Positions 19,481 to 30,557 of a stretch of 64,000 nucleotides of DNA are shown here, one piece after another; positions within the stretch are counted from its first letter, which is position 1, and every line of letters starts with the position of its first letter. A model generated the notes under the pieces. That model saw nothing but the letters and a program-made list of their open reading frames with translations, did not search any database and had not been told where the DNA came from. The DNA is from Blastocatellia bacterium (lineage in GTDB: Bacteria; Acidobacteriota; Blastocatellia; UBA7656): the NCBI GenBank assembly GCA_045807725.1, contig JBJMGV010000132.1:7151-71150 (forward strand), in the 5' to 3' direction. The translations under genes were made by a program, and so were the position numbers.

Positions 19481-20545
19481 CTAGCTTGAGCCGAAGCTGA
19501 AGCCGCCGCCGCCGCCGCTCGATTGATTCGGGAAGAACGGCTTCATCAGCCCGGCAAAGGCGGCGAGGTTGCGAGTTTGAATCAGCAACTCGCCCGGTCC
19601 TATGAAGTCGGCGACGATGCCTTCGCCGCTCACCATACTGCGGAACCAACCCGACGCGGCTTTGCGCAGGCTGTATTGCGTTGTGCCTTCCCACGCCACC
19701 AGATGGCCGGTGTCAACGATGTAGCGTTCGCCGGGCGCAAGCGTCTTGCGATGGATCGCGCCGAACGACGAGACCAGCAGCAAGCCCGTGCCGCGCACCT
19801 GAAGGACAAATAGTCCTTCGCCGCCGAAGAAAGATTTCGCGCCGCCCCACTTCGTATCGACAATCAGGCTGCCGTCGCCCGCGAGGTATGAGCTGGACTG
19901 CACGTAGAACATCTGGTTGCTCATCTCAAGGGCGGCGATGTCGCCGGGCGAGCCGGGCGCAAAGGTCACTTCGCCGGGGCCGCCGCGCGCCGTGAAGGTC
20001 GAGACAAAGGCCGATTCGCCGCCCACCGCGCGTTTGAACGCGCCCATCAATCCGCCTTTCATCTGCGATTGCAATTCAACATTGGCCGACATCGAAACCA
20101 TCGCGCCGGCTTCGGCTTGTATGGACTGTTCGGGCTGCAACTGCACAACCGCCAGCGAGAAGGCCGGCTGATGCAGTATCTCGTAATTGTAACCGCGCCC
20201 CGACCCGCGCCCGTCGGCGTCGATGTGAATGCCTTGACCGGGCGGGTAGCCGGGTTGGCCGCCGCCATAATTCGGCTGGCCTTGATTATAATTCGGTGCG
20301 CCCTGGCCGTAGCCGGGCGGCGGACCTTGCGGATAAACGGGTGGCGGTGATGGTGGCGGAGGATAACCGGGCGGCCCCTGTTGATAACCGGGTGGGGGTC
20401 CCTGTTGATAGCCCGGCGGCGGACCTTGTTGATAACCCGGCGGCGGATAATTCGTCGGCGCGTCGGGCGCTCCCACGGGGTTGCCGCAGGTGGTACAGAA
20501 TCTGGTGTCGGGCGTAACGTCCGCGCCACATCGTTGACATTTCAT
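19481..20545 (-). CDS. AIM24/TIGR00266-family protein with N-terminal zinc-ribbon and Pro-rich PPGYQQGP repeat linker
   Basis: N-terminal CxxC...CxxC (KCQRCGA...CTTCGN); five PPGYQQGPP-like repeats; C-terminal ~230 aa matches the AIM24/DUF124 beta-rich domain (tryptophan RNA-binding attenuator-like fold family). Confidence 0.75.
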   Translation of the reverse strand: MKCQRCGADVTPDTRFCTTCGNPVGAPDAPTNYPPPGYQQGPPPGYQQGPPPGYQQGPPGYPPPPSPPPVYPQGPPPGYGQGAPNYNQGQPNYGGGQPGYPPGQGIHIDADGRGSGRGYNYEILHQPAFSLAVVQLQPEQSIQAEAGAMVSMSANVELQSQMKGGLMGAFKRAVGGESAFVSTFTARGGPGEVTFAPGSPGDIAALEMSNQMFYVQSSSYLAGDGSLIVDTKWGGAKSFFGGEGLFVLQVRGTGLLLVSSFGAIHRKTLAPGERYIVDTGHLVAWEGTTQYSLRKAASGWFRSMVSGEGIVADFIGPGELLIQTRNLAAFAGLMKPFFPNQSSGGGGGFSFGSS

Positions 20546-20595
20546 AGCGGGTCTCCTTGTTGATTAATCGTCAACCATTGCATCAAGGAAAAAGA

Positions 20596-20689
20596 AACCA
20601 CAGATGAACACGGATGAACACGGATAAAAGGACAAACGTGAATCTCTACATTCTTTCCATCTGTGTTGATCTGTGTTCATCTGTGGTTC
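20596..20689. repeat. Inverted repeat hairpin (ccacagatgaacacggatgaacacgg ... ctgtgttgatctgtgttcatctgtgg) downstream of priA; possible terminator
   Basis: Each arm itself contains a tandem 11-mer duplication (gatgaacacgg x2). Confidence 0.55.
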
Positions 20690-20695
20690 CATCTT

Positions 20696-23152
20696 TCACA
20701 TCAGACTGATCGGGTCAACTTCGATTGAAATCGAGCGCGGGTTCGCGCCGCGCGCAAGCAGTCGCGTCATCGCTGCGTCCAGGGCTTCGCGGGCGCGAGC
20801 GCGGCTGCGCGCCTTGATCAATATCTGAAAGCGATGCTCGCCCTTGATGCGCGAGATGGGCGCGGGCGCAGGCCCCAGCACGCGCAAGCCGGAATCGCGC
20901 ACGGCGCTGCGCAACTCTTTGGCGAGGTCGGTCGCTGTGTTGTTGGCCCGGTCGAATTCTTTGTCGTGCACACAGATGTTGATCAGCGCATTGAACGGCG
21001 GGTAATGCATCGAGCGGCGGAACTCAATCTCGCGCCGGTAGAACTCGTCGTAATCCTGCGCCTTCGCGCAGACCAGCGAATAATGTTCGGGATGATAGGT
21101 TTGAATCACGACGCGTCCCGGTCGGTCGCCGCGCCCGGCGCGACCCGCTACCTGGGTTAAGAGTTGAAAGGTGCGCTCGGCAGCGCGAAAGTCGGGCAGG
21201 CACAGCCCCGCGTCTACCGAGATGACGCCGACCAGCGTGACGTTGTGAAAGTCGTGGCCTTTGGCGATCATCTGCGTGCCGACGATCAGATCAATCGAGC
21301 CGGCGGCGAACTCCATCAATAGGTGTTCGAGGCTGCCGCGCCTGCGGGTCGTGTCACGGTCGATGCGAGCGATGGATTTGTCGGGGAACAGCTCGCGCAG
21401 CTTGGCTTCGAGCTGCTCGGTGCCTTCGCCGACGTACTGAATGTATTGCCCATCACAGGCCGGGCAGACGCGCGGCGTGGGCCTGATGTAGTTGCAGTAG
21501 TGACATTGCAGGCTCTGGTTATAGCGGTGATAGGTCAACGTCACGTCGCAGTTCGGGCAATGAATCGCGTCGCCGCACGAGCGGCACATCGCAAACGACG
21601 AATAGCCGCGCCGGTTCAACAGGACCATCACCTGCTCGCCGCGCTCGAAGGTTTCGGTCATCGCCGCCTTGATCTCATCTGAAAACGTCACCTGCTTGCC
21701 GTGCCGCTTGAAGACTTCGCGCATATCGACGGTTTCGACTGCCGCCAGCGCGCGGTTGCCGTAACGCGCGTCGAGCCGCATGTATTCGTACTTACCCGTC
21801 GTCGCGTTGTGGACGGATTCGAGTGAAGGCGTCGCCGAGCCGAGGACGACGATGGCCTTCGCGTGCAGGGCGCGCACGATGGCCGTGTCGCGCCCGTGAT
21901 AGCGCGGCGTCTCGTCCTGCTTGTACGAGGTCTCGTGCTCTTCGTCAACAACGATGATTCCCAGGTTTTCAATCGGCGCGAAGACCGCCGAGCGCGTGCC
22001 GATGACGACGCGCGCTTCGCCGTCCTTGATGCGCCGCCATTCGTCTGTGCGCTCACCTTCGCTCAAGCTCGAATGCAGGATCGCCACGGCGTCGCCGAAG
22101 ATGGCGCGCAGACGGCGCGAGAAGACCGGCGTCAGCGCAATCTCTGGAACCAGCATCAACGCGCCCTGGCCCCGCCTCGTCGCTTCACGCATTGCGCGGA
22201 TGTAGATTTCGGTCTTGCCGCTCCCGGTCACGCCGTGCAGTAAGAATGTTGCGTAGCGATGCTCGTCCAACCGCGCCGTGATGCGGTCGAGGGCCGTCTG
22301 CTGATCGTCATTGAGCGTGACGAGATTCAACTCTTGCTGCTCGATGTGCGAGAGCGGATCGCGGCGGACTTCGCGGGCAAAGACTTCGACGAGGCCGCGT
22401 TTTTCGAGCGTCCGCACGACCGACGCCGACACGTCCGCCGCGTCAAGCAAATCGCTGAAGGCGAGCGGCTCGTCGCTCTCTTCAAGCGTTTCCAGCACGC
22501 GCTGCTGAGCGGGCGTTGGCGTGGCGTCGCCGTTGCCGCCGTTGAAGGCGCGCTCGGTGAGCCGCACGGCGTTTTGTAATTTAGGCTTCAGACGACTTTC
22601 GCCGATGCGTTCGGCGACGCGCACGAAGCCGGCGCGCTCAAGCTGGCGAATCAGCGCCGAGGTGTGCGATTTGGACAGATGCCGCTCAAGCTCGCGCGAG
22701 CCGATGTGGCCGCTGGTGGCGACCAGTTCGAGGGCTTGCAGCTTTGACGACGACCAACTGAATCCTGCCGAGACTTGCGCGAGCGCCGCGCGCCCGGCTT
22801 CGGTGATCGTCAGTATCTGTTCGGTGGCGACGGTTGCGCCGGCGGGCAATGCCGTGCGCAGGCATTCGCCCCACGGCGCGTGATAATAATCGCTCATCCA
22901 GCGGGTCAGGTCGAGAATGTCGGGCGCAACGATGGGCGATTCGTCTACGAGTTCTTCAATCTCTTTGATGTCGCTTTCGGCCAACTCGCCGGCGAGGGCT
23001 GAGTGCAGCGCGACGATGAAGCCGGTGAGCAACTTTTTGCCGAACGGCACGACGACGCGGCAGCCGGCCTGCGCGCGCTCGGCCATATCGCCCGGCAGCC
23101 GATAGGTGAAGGTTTGCCTGATGTGAACCGGAACTGCGACCTCTGCGAACAT
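20696..23152 (-). CDS. priA: Primosomal protein N' (replication restart helicase PriA)
   Basis: Walker [14 protein letters not shown] box, Cys-rich zinc-binding insertion (CxxC x4), length ~818 aa, overall PriA layout. Confidence 0.9.
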   Translation of the reverse strand: MFAEVAVPVHIRQTFTYRLPGDMAERAQAGCRVVVPFGKKLLTGFIVALHSALAGELAESDIKEIEELVDESPIVAPDILDLTRWMSDYYHAPWGECLRTALPAGATVATEQILTITEAGRAALAQVSAGFSWSSSKLQALELVATSGHIGSRELERHLSKSHTSALIRQLERAGFVRVAERIGESRLKPKLQNAVRLTERAFNGGNGDATPTPAQQRVLETLEESDEPLAFSDLLDAADVSASVVRTLEKRGLVEVFAREVRRDPLSHIEQQELNLVTLNDDQQTALDRITARLDEHRYATFLLHGVTGSGKTEIYIRAMREATRRGQGALMLVPEIALTPVFSRRLRAIFGDAVAILHSSLSEGERTDEWRRIKDGEARVVIGTRSAVFAPIENLGIIVVDEEHETSYKQDETPRYHGRDTAIVRALHAKAIVVLGSATPSLESVHNATTGKYEYMRLDARYGNRALAAVETVDMREVFKRHGKQVTFSDEIKAAMTETFERGEQVMVLLNRRGYSSFAMCRSCGDAIHCPNCDVTLTYHRYNQSLQCHYCNYIRPTPRVCPACDGQYIQYVGEGTEQLEAKLRELFPDKSIARIDRDTTRRRGSLEHLLMEFAAGSIDLIVGTQMIAKGHDFHNVTLVGVISVDAGLCLPDFRAAERTFQLLTQVAGRAGRGDRPGRVVIQTYHPEHYSLVCAKAQDYDEFYRREIEFRRSMHYPPFNALINICVHDKEFDRANNTATDLAKELRSAVRDSGLRVLGPAPAPISRIKGEHRFQILIKARSRARAREALDAAMTRLLARGANPRSISIEVDPISLM

Positions 23153-23172
23153 CGCGGGGATTGTACACGCCG

Positions 23173-23213
23173 CAGTGGTCAGTTGTCAGTGGCCAGCGGT
23201 CAGTTTTCAGTGG
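23173..23213. repeat. Tandem cagtggtcagt-type heptamer repeats (same family as the arms of the 2.8 kb element)
   Basis: cagtggtcagttgtcagtggccagcggtcagttttcagtgg read directly. Confidence 0.5.
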
Positions 23214-23240
23214 CGACGAGTGAGAAGAGTTGATCAGTAG

Positions 23241-23894
23241 TCAGCGCGCGGAGCGCAGCCACTCACGAAAGGCGCGCAAGGTGGCGCTTTGCCCCTCGCG
23301 TTTGGTCTGCTCAAGAAAGCGGGTCAGGACTTCGCCGTTGAGCAACGGAAAGGCGCGGCTCGCTGCCGCTTCGACGAAGCCTTGCTCAGACAAGTGATAG
23401 ATGTAAAGCCGCCCCTTGCGATAGCGCCAATATTCGGGCACGCCGATGGCAGCGTAAAATTCCATCTTGCCGACCGACTCGCTCCAGATATCAATCTCAA
23501 CGACAACGTCGGGTGGCGGGTCGGTCATCAGGTCAATCTCATCCCTGCCGATAATCGCCGCCGCGTTCTGCACATAAAAACAGGTGTCCGGCTCTGCGCC
23601 CATCGCCAGTTGCTCGTCTTTGAAGGTCGTCGAGCCGGCGGTCTCAAGCGTTATGTCCATCTCTTGCGCAAACAGGCTGACCAGTTGCAACAGCATGTCC
23701 TTTGGCCGCTCGTGCGGTAATGACGGACTCATAATCTCCAACCTCCCGCGAATGTAGCTGACGCGCAGAGCGCTGTCGCCCAGTTCATCAAGAAGCTGCT
23801 CGTAGTCTTCCCACGATATGTCGTACAGGATCAGCCTGCCGCCCGCCGGCAGATGCGCAATGGCATCGAGAAGACTTGTGGCATGTGTCGTCAT
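23241..23894 (-). CDS. Uma2-family (DUF820) putative restriction-endonuclease-like protein
   Basis: Conserved PDVVVEI...SE catalytic-like motif and overall Uma2 length and pattern. Confidence 0.8.
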   Translation of the reverse strand: MTTHATSLLDAIAHLPAGGRLILYDISWEDYEQLLDELGDSALRVSYIRGRLEIMSPSLPHERPKDMLLQLVSLFAQEMDITLETAGSTTFKDEQLAMGAEPDTCFYVQNAAAIIGRDEIDLMTDPPPDVVVEIDIWSESVGKMEFYAAIGVPEYWRYRKGRLYIYHLSEQGFVEAAASRAFPLLNGEVLTRFLEQTKREGQSATLRAFREWLRSAR

Positions 23895-23986
23895 AGAGCC
23901 GCTCCGAACGACCGAGAATGTGCCACCATCATACTAAAGCGTGATGTGCTTGTCACCCGCCGCCGCTTTTGACATAGTTCAGACGG

Positions 23987-24925
23987 GTGAACCCGACTAT
24001 GCATTTATCAAGACCACTCAGCGAAGTCATCCGACCGACGACGATTATCGAAGCGCCGCGCTTGTCTGCACGGCTCGGCGTGCAATTGACGATTGCCAGC
24101 GAGACGTTTCAATTTACTGGCAGCTTCAAATTCCGCGCCGCTTATAACCTGGCTTCAAAGGTCGGCCAGCAGAAGATCATCACCGCCTCGTCGGGCAACT
24201 TCGGACAGGCGATGGCCTACGCCTGCCGGCTGCTCGGCAAATCCTGCACGGTCGTGATGCCGGCCACATCGGCTCGCGTGAAGGTAGACGCTGTGCGCGA
24301 GTTCGGCGGCACGGTTGATCTGATTGACGTGCGCGAGATCAGCCGCGCCGCGCGCGTTGCCGAATTGGCAAAAGAGCATTCGGATGCTTATGTCGCCAGC
24401 GCCTACGACGACCCGCTGGTCATCGAAGGCAACGCCAGTCTCGGCGCGGAGCTTGCCGCCAGGCGTGATCGGTTCGACGAAGTGATCGCGCCGGTCGGCG
24501 GCGGCGGTTTGACTTCGGGACTCATCACAGGCTTGCGCGAAGCGGGAAGCAATGTGCGTGTCGTCGGCGCGGAGCCGTTGATGGGCAACGACGCGGCGCG
24601 TTCGTTGCGCGCCGGTCACATTGTCGCCAACGAAGCCGAGCCGCAGACTATCGCCGACGGAGCACGCACGGTCAGCGTCGGCCAGCACAACTGGGCGATT
24701 CTCGAAAGCGGGCTGGCCCGCATTGTCGAAGTGCCCGAAGAGAATATCCGCGAAGGCGTGCGGCTGCTGTACGGGCTTGCGAACCTGAAGGCCGAGCCGA
24801 CCGGGGCGCTCTCAATCGGCGCATTGCTCACCGAGCCGGAGCGGTTCCGCGACCACCGCGTCTGCTGCGTCATCAGCGGCGGCAATGTGGACGCGGCGGT
24901 CTACCGCGAGATACTTGCCGAATAA
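23987..24925 (+). CDS. PLP-dependent threonine/serine dehydratase-family enzyme (fold type II)
   Basis: Lys-containing PLP motif FQFTGSFKFRAAYN, Gly-rich GGGGLTSG loop. Confidence 0.8.
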   Translation: MNPTMHLSRPLSEVIRPTTIIEAPRLSARLGVQLTIASETFQFTGSFKFRAAYNLASKVGQQKIITASSGNFGQAMAYACRLLGKSCTVVMPATSARVKVDAVREFGGTVDLIDVREISRAARVAELAKEHSDAYVASAYDDPLVIEGNASLGAELAARRDRFDEVIAPVGGGGLTSGLITGLREAGSNVRVVGAEPLMGNDAARSLRAGHIVANEAEPQTIADGARTVSVGQHNWAILESGLARIVEVPEENIREGVRLLYGLANLKAEPTGALSIGALLTEPERFRDHRVCCVISGGNVDAAVYREILAE

Positions 24926-24996
24926 CGAAACGACACCGGCTCGCTTGTGTGCCGAGCCGGTGTCGTTTGCCAATTCCAACCTGATGTGAATCCGCT

Positions 24997-25230
24997 TTAG
25001 TGCCGTCCGCGACGCATACAGTCGTTGTGCTCGCGGCGCGCTTCGTTCATACGGATGCGGCGTTGACGATAGGGGAGGCCGCGCGCCGAGCGAACGGCGT
25101 CTCTGTATGTGGCTTCACAAGCTCTCGTGTCGTCGCGGTATCTGCGTCCGCGTTGAGCCAGGGCCGACGATGCGAAGATGCTGCCGACCAGTAGAAACAA
25201 AACCATCAAGTGAATCAGCGTTCGTTTCAT
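24997..25230 (-). CDS. Small secreted basic protein (hypothetical)
   Basis: Signal peptide MKRTLIHLMVLFLLVGSIFASSALA followed by an Arg/Cys-containing 50-aa tail. Confidence 0.4.
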   Translation of the reverse strand: MKRTLIHLMVLFLLVGSIFASSALAQRGRRYRDDTRACEATYRDAVRSARGLPYRQRRIRMNEARREHNDCMRRGRH

Positions 25231-25407
25231 TTATCCTCCTGTGAAGTTGAAAAAAGAATCAACGTTCAATGGTTGTCGGTTCGTGCGTCCGTTTACTTGG
25301 ATTAGGAGAGCAACAGGCGGGCCAAAGCGACAGCGCGCGCGCGGCAGATTTGATCTGCTGCAATAATTCGTGATGCGCTGCCTGAGCCAGCATCGACCGA
25401 TAAAAAG

Positions 25408-25450
25408 GCCGGCGCTGACCTGTGACATTCTGGTCAGCGCCGGCCTTTCA
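25408..25450 (-). terminator. Rho-independent terminator for gene 25527..25895
   Basis: GC-rich perfect stem ggccggcgctgacc...ggtcagcgccggcc, followed on the minus strand by TTTTT. Confidence 0.6.
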
Positions 25451-25526
25451 GCCACACGAATAAAGGCGTGTGGTATTCAGGCACAACAAACTTTGCTCGC
25501 TAGCAAAGCGATGATGGCTTGATCGG

Positions 25527-25895
25527 TTAAAAGATGCGCCGACGCTCGCGCCGGTTCTTGTAAAGCCACAGCGCGGTCGCTGCGCCGCCGCCAACCGCCG
25601 CGCCAATCGCCGCGCCCTTCTTGCCTTTGGTGACGCCGCCGACCACCGCGCCGGCTCCCGCGCCAGTGCCGATGACCAGAGCCGCGCCGCCAGGGCCGGG
25701 CATCCAGCGATGGCGGTACTCGTAATTGACAATGCCCGGACCATCAAAGAAGGTGATCCGGCTGTCGCCTACCCGATAGCCATTCTTGTCGCGCCTGATG
25801 ATATTGCCGTATCGCTCCTGCGCCGATGCCGCGACGGGAAGCAGCAAGGCGAGGAACGACAGCGTCAGAAAGAAACTCGTCAGTTTCTTCTTCAT
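25527..25895 (-). CDS. Secreted glycine-zipper domain protein
   Basis: Signal peptide; Gly/Ala zipper GAGAGAVVGGVTKGKKGAAIGAAVGGGAATALW. Confidence 0.6.
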   Translation of the reverse strand: MKKKLTSFFLTLSFLALLLPVAASAQERYGNIIRRDKNGYRVGDSRITFFDGPGIVNYEYRHRWMPGPGGAALVIGTGAGAGAVVGGVTKGKKGAAIGAAVGGGAATALWLYKNRRERRRIF

Positions 25896-26089
25896 TATTG
25901 TCCTCCGGAGTTTGAATGAGCGGTTCGTGAGTGGTGAGTCTGAACAGCGGACTCAGCCATCAGCCGGATGCGCAAGACATCCCTTGGCGTTGTCCGCCGA
26001 ATGAGTTTCTTTTGACTGCCTGCCGCCGAAACGGCAGGGCTGATGACGCGCCCGGCAATGTGTGAATCGCCGGGCACATCCCCATCGCG

Positions 26090-26593
26090 CTAGAAGCCGG
26101 CGCTGTCGTCAGCCGACGGGCCATAGATGGACGGCACAGGAATATCCAGAAGCCGCAGGTAGACGGAAAGCTGGCCGCGATGATGGACCAGATGATTCAG
26201 GCCGATTGAACGCAGCGCGACCGCGCGCGGCAGTTCGAGGAGCACGCGCTCGCCGTTGCGCATCTGCCACGCCTTAGCGAACGCCTCGCCCGGCTGATTG
26301 CTCAACGCATCGAGCGCGCCGGCGACGCGCTGATCGAAGACCGTCACCAGCTCAGCCGCGTTTTCAGGATTGAACGGTTGATACTTGCCTGAGCCGAAGT
26401 CCAGCGCGTCTTCGGTCAGTACCATTGCAAACAGGCCGGGCAGTTCGGCGACGTGCCCGGCCAGGCGGCCCAGCGTCATGGATTTGTCATGCGGCTTCCA
26501 GGTCAGCGAATCCTGCGGCACGCGCTCCAACAGCTTTCGCGTCGTCGCCGCTTCGGCCTTCAATTCTGCGGCCAGTGCTTCATTAATTGTCAT
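26090..26593 (-). CDS. DinB/YfiT-family metal-dependent protein
   Basis: DinB_2-like four-helix pattern; His triad context including HHRGQLSVYLRL. Confidence 0.75.
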   Translation of the reverse strand: MTINEALAAELKAEAATTRKLLERVPQDSLTWKPHDKSMTLGRLAGHVAELPGLFAMVLTEDALDFGSGKYQPFNPENAAELVTVFDQRVAGALDALSNQPGEAFAKAWQMRNGERVLLELPRAVALRSIGLNHLVHHRGQLSVYLRLLDIPVPSIYGPSADDSAGF

Positions 26594-26624
26594 TGATCTC
26601 TCCTATAATTAAACATCGAATAGT

Positions 26625-26876
26625 TCAAGGCTCTTTAACTTTCGTTTTGCTCTCGCGGAGCGAAACGTCGTGGTCATCGAGCGGCGTGCGGTCGGCCTGC
26701 TGCTTGTCTGAAGCCGGGTCGGGCGCAAAGCGATTCGGGTTGTCGCGCTCGCCCTGCTCGTCGGTCTGCAACTCGGCGGGCTGCTGATCGAAGCCGTCCG
26801 CGTTGGCCTCCCATGGATTGTCGGTCGCTTCGTCTAAAGACTTCTTGGCGTCACGGTCGTCTTTACGTTCACTCAT
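26625..26876 (-). CDS. Hypothetical small acidic protein
   Basis: ORF only; highly charged (D/E/K-rich), no family. Confidence 0.3.
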   Translation of the reverse strand: MSERKDDRDAKKSLDEATDNPWEANADGFDQQPAELQTDEQGERDNPNRFAPDPASDKQQADRTPLDDHDVSLRESKTKVKEP

Positions 26877-26913
26877 ATGAATACCCTACCTTGCTCGGCT
26901 CGACTCGCGCCAA

Positions 26914-27663
26914 TTATTCTTTGGCGCGCAGAAAGGCGCGCAGATATTCGCGGTTCAACTGCGAAATGAAGTCGAGCGATATTTCTTTCGGGCAGACCGC
27001 CTCGCACGAGCCGATCACCGTGCAGTTGCCGAAGCCTTCGGCATCCATCGCCTTGACCATGTTGACGACGCGGCGGTCTTTCTCGACTTTGCCTTGCGGC
27101 AGCGTGTTCAGATGCGCCACCTTGGCGGAGACGAATAACATCGCCGAGGCGTTCTTACAAGCGGCGACGCACGCGCCACAAGCGATGCAGGCCGCCGCGT
27201 CCATCGCGCGGTCAGCATCCGGCTTGGGCACAGGGATAGCGTTGCCGTCGGGCGTGCCGCCGGTCGCTACCGAAATATAACCGCCTGCCTGGATGATGCG
27301 ATCAAAAGCCGAGCGGTCAACAACGAGGTCTTTGATTACGGGGAACGACCGCGCCCGCCACGGCTCGATGGTCAGCGTGTCGCCGTCTTTGAAGTGGCGC
27401 ATATGCAACTGGCAAGTCGTCGTCGCCGCCAGCGGCCCGTGCGCCACACCATTGATGACCAGGCCGCACATGCCGCAGATGCCTTCGCGGCAGTCGTGGT
27501 CAAAAGCGATTGGCTCCTTGCCTTCTTTAATCAACCCTTCGTTGACCACGTCGAGCATCTCCAGAAACGACATATGCTCAGAGATATTATTCGCTTTATA
27601 TTCGACGAACTGGCCGGCATCCGACGCGTTCTTCTGCCGCCACACTCGTAAGGTTAGATTCAT
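26914..27663 (-). CDS. sdhB: Succinate dehydrogenase/fumarate reductase iron-sulfur subunit
   Basis: N-terminal [10 protein letters not shown], 2Fe-2S Cys cluster ([10 protein letters not shown]), 4Fe-4S motifs ([11 protein letters not shown]; [12 protein letters not shown]). Confidence 0.9.
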   Translation of the reverse strand: MNLTLRVWRQKNASDAGQFVEYKANNISEHMSFLEMLDVVNEGLIKEGKEPIAFDHDCREGICGMCGLVINGVAHGPLAATTTCQLHMRHFKDGDTLTIEPWRARSFPVIKDLVVDRSAFDRIIQAGGYISVATGGTPDGNAIPVPKPDADRAMDAAACIACGACVAACKNASAMLFVSAKVAHLNTLPQGKVEKDRRVVNMVKAMDAEGFGNCTVIGSCEAVCPKEISLDFISQLNREYLRAFLRAKE

Positions 27664-27683
27664 GTTGGCTCGCAACTCCTTCT

Positions 27684-27752
27684 GACAGTCTATCGAGTCT
27701 ATCGAGTCGGGAAACGTTCTCCTGACTCGGCTGACTCGGCAGACTCGATAGA
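27684..27752. repeat. Intercistronic hairpin between sdhA and sdhB built from tandem 9-mers (gtctatcga x2 / ctgactcgg x2)
   Basis: Read directly; lies inside a probable operon. Confidence 0.6.
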
Positions 27753-29705
<1,953 letters not shown>

Positions 29706-29711
29706 AACGGT

Positions 29712-30398
29712 TCACTTAACCCATCCGGCGAGAATCGAGATGGGAATCGAGATGTTGCCGAGAAAAATAATCAGCGCGGCAATGCGCGCCGTGCGGTGAA
29801 TGGCCGTGACATTACTCTTGTTGCGTAGGCCGAGCGATTGCAGCGAACTCGACACGCCGTGACTCAGGTGCAAACAGAGCAGCGCCATTGCCAGTATGTA
29901 AAAGCCCGACACCGCCCAGTTGGAAAAGCCGCGCACCATCATTCCGTACACGTCGTGATGGAGCGGGTCGGCGGGGTCTTTCAAATTCATGAACTCCGGG
30001 TTGGTGACGCCGAGCGTGAAGTGCATCAGGTGGTAAATGATGAAGGCGAAGATGACCAGACCGCTGATGAAGATTGTGCGCGAGGCGTAGCTCGCAGCGG
30101 TCGGTTTACCCATCGCATATTTCGCAGGCCGCGCGTCGCTGTTGGCCGAGACCAGTTGCAGCGCCGCGACGATGTGCATAATGACGAGGGCCAGCAGACT
30201 GACGCGCGCCGTCCACAACAGGCCGGGCTTGGATTGGAGCAAGGCGGCATAGTTGTTGATGGCGTCGCGGCCCGCATAGATTTGCAGGTTGCCGGCCATA
30301 TGGACGATCACGAAGACAAACAGCGCGATGCCGGTGATGGCCATAACATACTTTTTGCCGAGCGAAGAACTGTAAGCGCGTACCAGGATATTCATCAA
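29712..30398 (-). CDS. sdhC: Succinate dehydrogenase cytochrome b subunit (b558-type membrane anchor)
   Basis: Five predicted TM helices with conserved His residues; position immediately upstream of sdhA. Confidence 0.75.
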   Translation of the reverse strand: MMNILVRAYSSSLGKKYVMAITGIALFVFVIVHMAGNLQIYAGRDAINNYAALLQSKPGLLWTARVSLLALVIMHIVAALQLVSANSDARPAKYAMGKPTAASYASRTIFISGLVIFAFIIYHLMHFTLGVTNPEFMNLKDPADPLHHDVYGMMVRGFSNWAVSGFYILAMALLCLHLSHGVSSSLQSLGLRNKSNVTAIHRTARIAALIIFLGNISIPISILAGWVK

Positions 30399-30557
30399 AG
30401 ACCCTTCTCGTCAGCGTTCGGGTATCGGGTGCTGATCTACCCTCGCGCGGGAATCATGACTGCTCAGGTGATACTGAGAAAATACCAACCCGCGCCCGCG
30501 ATGTAAAATTCAAAAGAATAATCTTGAAAATAAGCGCGGATTGCCTGCGCCTGAATC

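Noticed and set aside
19329-19694. 121-aa minus ORF spanning the GTCAGAA hairpin
   Set aside because: Runs through the tandem heptamer hairpin and into the 3' end of the AIM24-like gene; repeat-driven artefact.
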